NCBI GenBank assembly: GCA_963747875.1
Contig: CAVVGU010000002.1
Span: 70,829 to 134,828 of the forward strand
Direction of reading: 5' to 3'
DNA from: an uncultured Solirubrobacterales bacterium
Lineage (GTDB): Bacteria; Actinomycetota; Thermoleophilia; Solirubrobacterales; Solirubrobacteraceae
DNA length: 64,000 nt
The position numbers and the translations under genes are program-made. Below the pieces are notes generated by a model, which was not told the DNA's origin, did no database searches, and worked only from the letters and a program-made list of their open reading frames with translations. This document shows positions 6,611 through 14,209 of the stretch, piece after piece (position 1 is the first letter of the stretch; every line of letters starts with the position of its first letter).

Positions 6611-9547
6611 TCACCCCCCCCGCTTCCCGCGACGGGCACCGGCCTTCCCGCCCTTACCGCGCCTGTGCGCAGCCTTCTTCTTGGACGCCTTCTTTGCCTT
6701 CGGGCAGCCGGTGACCGCGATCTTCGTGCTCTCCCGTATCAGATCCCCGTTCTGCGCAAGGAATTCCGTCGGCATCGCCAGCGCGCCCTTGCAGAGGTTC
6801 CCGTTCGCCGCCAGCGCCGAGTAGGGGCCCTGCGGCAGCGTCAGTTCGAAGCTGCCGATCGGGTCGTCGGGGACCGTGTGAAACGTGCTGCTCGTGATCC
6901 CGGTCTTTTCGTTGATGAACGTTTCCCCGTGCAGGTCGAGTGTCACGCCGTAGCCCTGGAGGACCATCACAAGTTCGGGGAACTTCGCGCCACCGTAGGA
7001 GACGAAGTACGCCGGGCCCGTCAACGGCACGGGCAGGATTGGAGTGGTCGCCGTGGCGTGCCCGACCGCGGAGTCCGCAGGGCACGATGCCGGGTTCGCC
7101 TCGAATGTCGCCGCGAGGCAGGCCTTGCGCAGTGTCGTCAGCCGGGAGGGTAGACGCTTGGGGAGTTCGACTTTGACGAGTTTGATGTTCGTCTGCGTGC
7201 CCTGCGGCGCATCCGGGTACGCCAGGTGCACCGTGAGGCTCGCCCCGTTCGCTTTGCTGGTCTTCCCCGAGCTCGAGACCTTGAACTGGGGTTTGAACTG
7301 CAGGTTCTGGCAGTTCGCCATCTGGAAGGAGTTCGTGACCGTCGCGAAATCCTGGTCGGCTGGGTTCGCCGGTTCGGCGCCCCCACCACCGACGGTCGCG
7401 GCGAAGCTCTCGGGGTCGCAGTTGGTCGGGTTGATCATGAAGTTCGGCCGGTCGATGTAGACGCGGATGTCACGGACATGGATCACGATCCCGTCGATGA
7501 TGTGCGGGATCGGGTCGGACGCTTTCGCGTCGACCGTCACAATCGCGGTTTCGGGGTTGATGACCAGCGCCTCCCTGACGACGACCGTCCCGAGGTCGAA
7601 CGGGCCGACCTTCGCGCTCGTGATCGCGACGATCGAGAACGGCGCACCGTTGTACGGGCCCGCCATGTAGACCTTCCCCGGCGTGTAGGCGAGCACCGAG
7701 CCGACCCCGGCGCCGACGAGGGAGTGCCCGATTTCGCTCGCCGCGGGACACGACGGTTCGGCCTCCTCCTGCGCCCCGCTCACGTGCTTGGCCGCTTCGA
7801 TGTCCGCGTCCGGGCAGAACGGGACCCCGGTCAGTTTCGCGGTCAACCCGGCGGGTAGGATCGAAGTGAACCTGGTGATCTCCTGTTCGCCGTCGTTGCG
7901 GGTGATGCGGATATCCATCGGGCTGTACGCTCCGGCGCTGTTATTCAACGTGCCAGCGACGATCCCCGGATGAAACGGCGGGACGCCACCCGCCGGGCAG
8001 GGGCCGCCGCCGATCCCGTTTTCGATCTGGAAGGAGCTCAGCAGGTGGCGCGCTTCAAGCGGCGCCGACCACGGCGAGAGCTCCGCTTCGGTCGTGTACG
8101 TCCCGCACGCCGCCGGGCTGATCAGCGGCGAGGCCGCTCCCTGGCGCAGCTTCAGCGTGAACTTGCTGAACGGGACCTGCGGGCTTTCATCGAACGTCGT
8201 GACGAGCTGGCCGGTCACGGGGTTCGGTTCGATATGCCCCTGCAGCCTGACGACGATCCCGCGGAACGGGTCCTTCACGACGACATACAGCGCGAGCAGC
8301 GACCCGAACTTATTATCGAACGGCGTCGCGATATAGATGTTGCCCGTCAGCTTTTCCGCGAGCACCGGTGTTTCCACTTCCACGGTGCCGATCTTCGATT
8401 CCGCCGGACAACCAGTGCCGGGCAGCGAGGAGAAGGTTTCCGCTTCAAGCTGCTGTGGCGTGCATGTGCCGAGACCGACGGCCAGCGAGGGGTTGGCGGT
8501 GTAGCCCACGGGCAGCACGACCGTTGTGTCCTTCAGGTTCGACGCCGCCACCACTTCCGGGAACGCCCAGTTCTGCGGCACCACAAGCGAGATGTTCAGG
8601 CCGCTTGAGGATTCCGCCGAGCCGGTCGTGGGCGCGACTTCGATCGATGGGTGAAACGGGACGCGTTCGCATTCCACGATCGGACCGACCTGGGTTTCAG
8701 CTTCGGAGTAGCGCCCCGGTTCCTCCCACGAGTCGGCCCGCATCCTCGCGGTGAACGGGCCACAGCTCGTCGGGTTCGCCAGAAACGGCAGGTGCGGGAT
8801 ATCGACCGCGTTTCCGCCCCCGAAGCATTCCACGGTTTCGCTGCTAGTCGTCGTCTGGCAGACCAGTCCGCGTTCGGCGTCGTGCACGTGCGAGGCGGGA
8901 ATGCCCCATGTCGTGACTGAGATTTCGTGGGGTTCGGTGAGCGAAGCGATATCGGGGGCTGTGACCGTCAGCCCGGAGTCCCCCGGGCGGACCGTGATCG
9001 GCAGCACCTGGACAAACCCGAGTGCCTTGAAGCCGAGCTCGGCCACGATCCCGGGCGAATTGACTTCCATGTTATACACCGGGAAGATCATCCTCACGGG
9101 GTGCTTGGTCCCGAACGTCAGAGCCAGCGCGATCGTCCCAACCTGCGTATCCGGCGGACAGCTCGAAGTCCCCGAGCCCCCACCACCAGACGCCACAGCA
9201 GTCAGCAGCGCAGACGTGCACGTTGGTAGGGCGGTGTTATTGCCAACAAAGCCGGCGGGCAGTTCGACGATCGTTTCACGGACGTCGCCCAACGGCTTAC
9301 CCAGCGCGTCATGCGTGAAATTGAAGGCGACCGTGAGATCCTCATTGGCGCCCGCCTGGCTCGTCGAGGTGCTCACGTGAAAGCTTCCCGGTTCTATTTC
9401 GAATGGCTGTTCGCTCGGCGCCGCCGCTGCCGATCCCACGAACAGAAGGCCCACCACAAGCGCAAGCATCGCAAACATACCCATGCGCCACCTGCCAGCA
9501 CCGACGCGCGCCACCCCAGCCCGATACCTGCCGTCAAGGGCGATCAT
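6611..9547 (-). CDS. type A1: large secreted Cys-motif repeat protein with polybasic C-terminal tail (unknown family)
   Basis: 978-codon ORF with a signal-peptide-like MGMFAMLALVVGLLFVGSAAAAP. It has four modules, each with C-x(9-23)-C-P-x(4)-[IV]-G (CPPDTQVG, CPAESKIG, CPAASEIG, CPADSAVG). It ends in VTGCPK plus a K/R tail finishing KRGG. The ATG overlaps the B1 stop (ATGA 9544-9547). Confidence 0.85.
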   Translation of the reverse strand: MIALDGRYRAGVARVGAGRWRMGMFAMLALVVGLLFVGSAAAAPSEQPFEIEPGSFHVSTSTSQAGANEDLTVAFNFTHDALGKPLGDVRETIVELPAGFVGNNTALPTCTSALLTAVASGGGGSGTSSCPPDTQVGTIALALTFGTKHPVRMIFPVYNMEVNSPGIVAELGFKALGFVQVLPITVRPGDSGLTVTAPDIASLTEPHEISVTTWGIPASHVHDAERGLVCQTTTSSETVECFGGGNAVDIPHLPFLANPTSCGPFTARMRADSWEEPGRYSEAETQVGPIVECERVPFHPSIEVAPTTGSAESSSGLNISLVVPQNWAFPEVVAASNLKDTTVVLPVGYTANPSLAVGLGTCTPQQLEAETFSSLPGTGCPAESKIGTVEVETPVLAEKLTGNIYIATPFDNKFGSLLALYVVVKDPFRGIVVRLQGHIEPNPVTGQLVTTFDESPQVPFSKFTLKLRQGAASPLISPAACGTYTTEAELSPWSAPLEARHLLSSFQIENGIGGGPCPAGGVPPFHPGIVAGTLNNSAGAYSPMDIRITRNDGEQEITRFTSILPAGLTAKLTGVPFCPDADIEAAKHVSGAQEEAEPSCPAASEIGHSLVGAGVGSVLAYTPGKVYMAGPYNGAPFSIVAITSAKVGPFDLGTVVVREALVINPETAIVTVDAKASDPIPHIIDGIVIHVRDIRVYIDRPNFMINPTNCDPESFAATVGGGGAEPANPADQDFATVTNSFQMANCQNLQFKPQFKVSSSGKTSKANGASLTVHLAYPDAPQGTQTNIKLVKVELPKRLPSRLTTLRKACLAATFEANPASCPADSAVGHATATTPILPVPLTGPAYFVSYGGAKFPELVMVLQGYGVTLDLHGETFINEKTGITSSTFHTVPDDPIGSFELTLPQGPYSALAANGNLCKGALAMPTEFLAQNGDLIRESTKIAVTGCPKAKKASKKKAAHRRGKGGKAGARRGKRGG

Positions 9548-12500
9548 TTCGCACCTCCCGGCCGCCGCACAGACCGTTTCACGCCGGCAGCCTTCCTTCG
9601 TCTCTTGACGGCGCGCCTCTGCCTCTGCTGCTTCTTCCTTTTCTTCGTTTTCGGCGTCGCCTTCTTGATCGTCTCACTGGATTCTGGGGCGCTGGCCACG
9701 ACGTCTCCGGCGCCCTGGAAGCTCGCGCTCGACGGCGTCAGATCGTTCGGGGCCACGAACGGCACCGCGCAGGAATCCCCTTCGCATTCCACCGCAGCAG
9801 GCGGCGGCGGCGGGAAGCCGCCATCGATCCGCGCGTCATAGACATCACCTGCCGTGTCCGTATCCTGGGGAACAAGCGATTCGTGGGTCGCAAAGAACAC
9901 GTCCCGGCCCGACGGACTCGCACCGACCAACTCGCTCAGATAACCACCGCCCCGGCCACCGGATATCAGCGCGAGACAGCCCTCCACAGCCGCACAGCCA
10001 TCGACACCCTCACGGCGCCACTCATACACATCGCTCGACCTCGACCGGAAGAATTCTTCAGGTTCGGCGCCAGGTTCGGTGGAAGGGCCTATTTCGCCGT
10101 CGCTGTCCTGCGGCACCAGAGCGTCCGGTGTTTCAAAGAAGACGAAGTCGCCGTTTTCCGACGCGAACACCTGACTCGGCGTGCCGTCGAAGCCATAGAT
10201 CGCATAGAGGGCGGTGGAGGCGAACCTCGGCCGCGGGTCGAATGGCGATGCGCACGAAATACACTCAATGACGTTTTCGCTGCTGTCGTAACGATAGATC
10301 TGCTTGCCCACTTCGTCTCGACCGAGGCCGCCGGGGACGCCGGGAAAGCCTCCCGAAGTTCCTTCGAAAACAAGGTAGCGCCCGTCGGCGCTCACGTTCA
10401 CTATTTCACTGAAATATAGGGGAACGTAGTGAAGGGTTTTGCTTGACACATCATACCGGTAAAGCGCTGACTGGCCTGTCCCAGCCTGACCTTCGGGCGT
10501 CAGGGCCGCTTGAGTCGAAATGTAGATCGTCGAAAAATCGGCTGAGACCTTGACGAAGAACTGTCCTGGCACAGTGAAGAGGTGTTCAGCCGTTTGCGTC
10601 CCGGTGTCATACAGGAAGGCTTCGTGAGCCCCTCCGTTGACGTGTTCGAGCAGGAGCGAGCTGCCCTGGGAATTCGCGGCCAGAAACTTGTATTCGCCGA
10701 TGTCGACGGTTTCCACACCATTGACGCGCTCATAAAGATGCGTCTGCGGTCCGCCGTTTTCCAGTTCGCTTTCAAGTTGTTCATGTGCGGGGCATTGACT
10801 GCCCGACACAGCGTAAAAGAAGACACGGGCGCCATCGGACGAGACGGAGTGCGCGCTGCTCGTCGGCGCACCGCCACCGCGCGGACGGATCGCGAGCCCT
10901 TCGATGCCCCGCGTCATCGCGGCACCACACGTACCGATCGGCGCACCCGGGGTCCCACTCTGCACATTGACCTGGCGCAACTGTCCTTCGGAGTATTCGT
11001 AGAGATCGTTCCCGCTCTTGGTCGCACTCACGTGCCCGGGCACCAGCGCACGATCTTCGGTGCCGATGATCAGCTTGCCTAGATCGGGGGACGCCGCAAC
11101 CAGGAGCGGATTGGAGGTCACGTACTTTCTCGGGATCGACGCGATCGACAGGTAGGGACCAGCGGGAGGACCGACCTGGAGCTCGACCGTCGGCGATGCG
11201 GACACTGGACTATCGTCCCATCCGACCTGCATACCGGCTTCGGTCAGGTCCGGATTGAACACCACCGGAACATAGGAGTCGATCGCGGCCTGCGGCTGCG
11301 GAGTCGCGGAGGTCATCTGCCACCCTCCGGATGTCCGCGAGAAGAAGTAGTTCGACTTGCTGGCGTCAGGACTCGACCCCCACTGCGTGCCCGGCGCATG
11401 CAACATGAAATGTTCACCATCTTCACTCACGCGAAATTCATCGGTGATACCAATGCCTGTATCCGTGTCCTGCGCTCCGTTCTTTTCGGCGGGCGTGACC
11501 TGCTCATAGGCACGACAGTCCGGCAACGCAGCCGACGGGCCAATGCGGAGCGCTTCATTGGGACAGCCTTCGCTCACACCTACCTCCGGCAAGACCGGCA
11601 CCGTCAAGGTCTGCTCACCGCTGTGAACACCCTGCGGGGCGGCTTCGTTGCTTGCAATCAGCCGGTAGCGGTAGGTGACGCCAGGCTGAAGTTCGGGGAG
11701 ATCCCCACCTGCGCCGACGTAAGCGTAGCCCGAGCCCGCATCCATTTCGGAGGTGGTGGCAGCCCCGGCAAACCCCTGTTCTTCGAAATGCTGCTGCGAT
11801 ACGTATTCAAAATGGTAGTGCGAATCGGCGCCGTGGGGGTCGACAGCCCCCAGCGCCACCATATCTTCGCCGCTCACAGAGTGCACCGCATACGTGGTGG
11901 CGGTGGGCGGCCCCGCCGTTTCAAAGCTCTTTACAGGCGAGGTGGCGCCCTTATGAACACCAGGTGCCGGTTCGGATTCTGCGAAGAGCCGGACATAGTA
12001 GGTGGTGGCAGGACTCAGGCCACTGAGATCCCCCGAGACAGAACTAAAGCCCGCTTCGTTTTCTTCCCCCGCAGGAGTGGTGCCACTCACTCCGGGCGCG
12101 ACATGGAATTCTCCATTTTCGCTGTTCGCGTATTCGAACTGCCAGTGGACTTCCTCGCCGTGAGGCTTGAAGAAGCCCTTCAATTCAGCAGCAGTTCCCT
12201 TGATGCCAGTAAATTCTTGTACCCTGACAAAGGTCGGATAAAACGGCACGGCTTCACAACGATAATCCCGCTTTTCGCCCGTAGATTCTTCGGTTTCGAA
12301 CGGGGCCGTTCTGGTGCCCGAGGCGTTGGTGGCAGTCAGACGCACGTAGTAGACAACTTCAGCTGTCAGTCCCGCAAACGTGGCAGCAAGAGGCACGTCC
12401 ATCGGATGGGCTTCCATTTCGGCCTGGGTCACCGTGCCGCTGGCGCCCGGAACCAGCGTCCAGGGACCGGCTTCGCTACCGGCATATTCAAAGGCCCAGC

Positions 12501-12819
12501 TTACAGGCTGATTTTCGGTGCTGAAATGCCCGAGCTCGCCTGTAAGTTTCATTGACATGTGAGTTACTCCCACACACATGGCTCCGTTAGGTTCTGGCGG
12601 CGAGCTAGCGAGAGCAGAGCCCGGTACAACCCAGAGGAAAAGCCCCACCAGTGATAAGGCCGAAAAGAGAGATACGCGATAAACGATGGGCGCTCCCCTC
12701 CTTTGGCTGCCCAGGAGGACACGGAGCATGGCGAAGCGACCGGTCTCCGGTGTGGAAGTGGACTTCGCGTAGTGCTCTGTGGTTTTCACGATCGTGCCTT
12801 TCTCGGTTTCAATGTTCAT
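9544..12819 (-). CDS. type B1: secreted Fn3-like repeats plus TolB/PD40-like beta-propeller protein with polybasic tail
   Basis: About four repeats have the pattern W.FEY...G.W....L.GL.P.T.YY.R (Fn3-like). These are followed by CPNEALR...LPDCRAYEQVTP, then repeated DG..VFF / SADGRYLVFE propeller-like blades. The C-terminus is ECEGDSC...SFQGAGDV plus a 40-aa K/R tail. The start is uncertain: ATG 12819 or ATG 12729, the latter directly preceding the signal-like LFSALSLVGLFLWVVPGSALA. Confidence 0.8.
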   Translation of the reverse strand: MNIETEKGTIVKTTEHYAKSTSTPETGRFAMLRVLLGSQRRGAPIVYRVSLFSALSLVGLFLWVVPGSALASSPPEPNGAMCVGVTHMSMKLTGELGHFSTENQPVSWAFEYAGSEAGPWTLVPGASGTVTQAEMEAHPMDVPLAATFAGLTAEVVYYVRLTATNASGTRTAPFETEESTGEKRDYRCEAVPFYPTFVRVQEFTGIKGTAAELKGFFKPHGEEVHWQFEYANSENGEFHVAPGVSGTTPAGEENEAGFSSVSGDLSGLSPATTYYVRLFAESEPAPGVHKGATSPVKSFETAGPPTATTYAVHSVSGEDMVALGAVDPHGADSHYHFEYVSQQHFEEQGFAGAATTSEMDAGSGYAYVGAGGDLPELQPGVTYRYRLIASNEAAPQGVHSGEQTLTVPVLPEVGVSEGCPNEALRIGPSAALPDCRAYEQVTPAEKNGAQDTDTGIGITDEFRVSEDGEHFMLHAPGTQWGSSPDASKSNYFFSRTSGGWQMTSATPQPQAAIDSYVPVVFNPDLTEAGMQVGWDDSPVSASPTVELQVGPPAGPYLSIASIPRKYVTSNPLLVAASPDLGKLIIGTEDRALVPGHVSATKSGNDLYEYSEGQLRQVNVQSGTPGAPIGTCGAAMTRGIEGLAIRPRGGGAPTSSAHSVSSDGARVFFYAVSGSQCPAHEQLESELENGGPQTHLYERVNGVETVDIGEYKFLAANSQGSSLLLEHVNGGAHEAFLYDTGTQTAEHLFTVPGQFFVKVSADFSTIYISTQAALTPEGQAGTGQSALYRYDVSSKTLHYVPLYFSEIVNVSADGRYLVFEGTSGGFPGVPGGLGRDEVGKQIYRYDSSENVIECISCASPFDPRPRFASTALYAIYGFDGTPSQVFASENGDFVFFETPDALVPQDSDGEIGPSTEPGAEPEEFFRSRSSDVYEWRREGVDGCAAVEGCLALISGGRGGGYLSELVGASPSGRDVFFATHESLVPQDTDTAGDVYDARIDGGFPPPPPAAVECEGDSCAVPFVAPNDLTPSSASFQGAGDVVASAPESSETIKKATPKTKKRKKQQRQRRAVKRRRKAAGVKRSVRRPGGAK

Positions 12820-12907
12820 CTATGCGTGGTGGCGTCGATGCTCCCGATGCTCTCCTTACATCGAGGAGTCACACAGCGGGTGGCAAGCTGCACTTAGACG
12901 ATTGGCG

Positions 12908-13705
12908 CTACCCAGCGCTCACCGCCCAGGTGCCGTCATAGCCCTCGTTTTCTCCAGCGGTCTGATGGGTCACGACGGCGCCGGTCGTTCCTGCCCCTGT
13001 TTCGGACACCCCGGGATGTTGGATGAAACCGATGCCTTCGCTGAAGCCGCCCGAGGCTCCACCTTCGAATAGACAGAGATTGCCTGGGTCCGCCTTCGGT
13101 TCGACCGGCGTCCCACCGCAACCGGCGGGGATTTCATTTTTCGCGACCTGTTCGGCGGTGACAAAGTGCGCTTCCGCCGTCGCGATCGGGGCAGCGAGCG
13201 GGATCGCGAAGGAGACCGCGAAGTGAATCACCTTCGAGGCGCCGGATTCGGCGAACCAGGCCCCCGTCTCCGTCTTGCCTCCAGGCAGGGTTTCGGTGAA
13301 GCCGGTCTGGCCGTTGCAGGCGTACGTCGCGCTCCCCGCCCCCGCCTTGAATTCCGCGCCGCCGCGTTCTTCGCACTTCGACACACCGACCGGCACAGCC
13401 GTGTTCGTGACGCTCGTACCCGGGGTGCCGTTCGTGCCGGCTTTGCCTTCCGGTCCCTGAGGACCCGGGGCACCCTTTTCGCCTGGGGCACCGTTGCTCC
13501 CGTTCGTCCCGTTGGTCCCATTCGCGCCCGCCGCGCCGGCCTTGCCCTGCAGCGCCTTCAGCACCTTCGGGCTGATCTGCTTCGTCGAGGTGATCACATA
13601 CCGGCTCGCGGCATACGCCCCACCGCTCATCGCGAACACCACAGCGACTGTCACCGCGACGTTCGCGTACGTGACGCGCCTACGTATCCCAGAGAACATC
13701 AGCAC
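12908..13705 (-). CDS. type C1: secreted collagen-like (GXY repeat) protein with C-terminal globular domain
   Basis: The signal peptide ends AYA/AS. About 15 uninterrupted G-X-Y triplets (GKAGAAGANGTNGTNGSNGAPGEKGAPGPQGPEGKAGTNGTPGTS) are encoded at about 13412-13546. A domain of about 165 aa follows. GAGGAGG lies just upstream of the GTG/ATG start. Confidence 0.85.
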   Translation of the reverse strand: MLMFSGIRRRVTYANVAVTVAVVFAMSGGAYAASRYVITSTKQISPKVLKALQGKAGAAGANGTNGTNGSNGAPGEKGAPGPQGPEGKAGTNGTPGTSVTNTAVPVGVSKCEERGGAEFKAGAGSATYACNGQTGFTETLPGGKTETGAWFAESGASKVIHFAVSFAIPLAAPIATAEAHFVTAEQVAKNEIPAGCGGTPVEPKADPGNLCLFEGGASGGFSEGIGFIQHPGVSETGAGTTGAVVTHQTAGENEGYDGTWAVSAG

Positions 13706-13862
13706 AGAACCTCCTCGACGGTCGTGTTAAGACATAGGGCCGCCCTCCCCCCGGGGAGGCCGGCAGATACCCGCCCGCGCGCGGGCAGCAGAAGACCGCC
13801 GCGGGCACGCGCCCCGCGGCGGTCGCAGAAAAGGGGGCCTCAGCGGCTAGCTGAGGCGCACA

Positions 13863-13882
13863 AGAGAGAGAGAGAGAGAGAG
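13863..13882. repeat. (AG)10 / (CT)10 microsatellite in leader copy 1
   Basis: Counted directly as 10 AG units, immediately adjacent to the hairpin GATGCGGCAG-gctg-CTGCCGCATC. Confidence 0.9.
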
Positions 13883-14121
13883 ATGCGGCAGGCTGCTGCC
13901 GCATCTAGCTACGCTCCCCTGACGGGGCGCGAGAACTCTCATCACGTCTGTCCCTCCAGAACTCACGCGTAAACAACTCCCTCGAGCAATTCGACCCAGG
14001 CTCCCTCTCCCAAGGGCTCCCATTTACAAGTGCTTCAGCGGGCCGGCCGCGAGGGCCCGGACCCAAACCTGATCTATGTTGAAAAACACCCGGCGACCCA
14101 AAAGACCACCGTGTGTTGCCC

Positions 14122-14151
14122 ATCATATACACGTTCGTAGGTCCGCGTCAA
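14122..14151 (-). promoter_or_regulatory. near-consensus promoter TTGACG-18 nt-TATGAT (minus strand), copy 1
   Basis: On the plus strand, cgtcaa lies at 14146-14151 and atcata at 14122-14127. The sequence is identical in all three repeat copies. This is a motif match only, with no TSS data. Confidence 0.5.
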
Positions 14152-14209
14152 GCCCCCAACCACGAACACCTCCGGAGGCCGCCCTCGGAGGTCATCAAAC
14201 CGGGGGCAA

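Larger units (their letters stand above)
13840..14209 (-). repeat. leader/promoter repeat, copy 1
   Basis: Near-identical to 30166-30538 and, as far as 14157, to 39000-39315. It contains a promoter, a leader, a hairpin at 13882-13905 and (AG)10. It sits directly upstream (minus strand) of C1. Confidence 0.9.

Noticed and set aside
6611-6715. Sortase (LPXTG) or other classical C-terminal sorting signals on A and B
   Set aside because: There is no LPXTG-like motif followed by a hydrophobic helix. The tails are purely polar and basic, and no sortase gene lies in the window.
9544-12819. Type B proteins as Rhs/YD-repeat or other polymorphic toxins
   Set aside because: There are no YD repeats and no variable C-terminal toxin domain or downstream immunity gene. 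The C-termini are conserved motif-plus-basic tails.
13840-14209. The leader repeats as an IS element or MITE
   Set aside because: I could find no transposase ORF, terminal inverted repeats or target-site duplication. All three copies sit in the same orientation, at the same position relative to the first gene of a unit. A promoter/leader function explains them better.
13840-14209. Assignment of the leader to a known riboswitch or RNA class (cobalamin, c-di-GMP, c-di-AMP/ydaO and others)
   Set aside because: I could not find the conserved core motifs of those classes by eye. I leave it as an unclassified candidate leader RNA, and a covariance-model scan is required.
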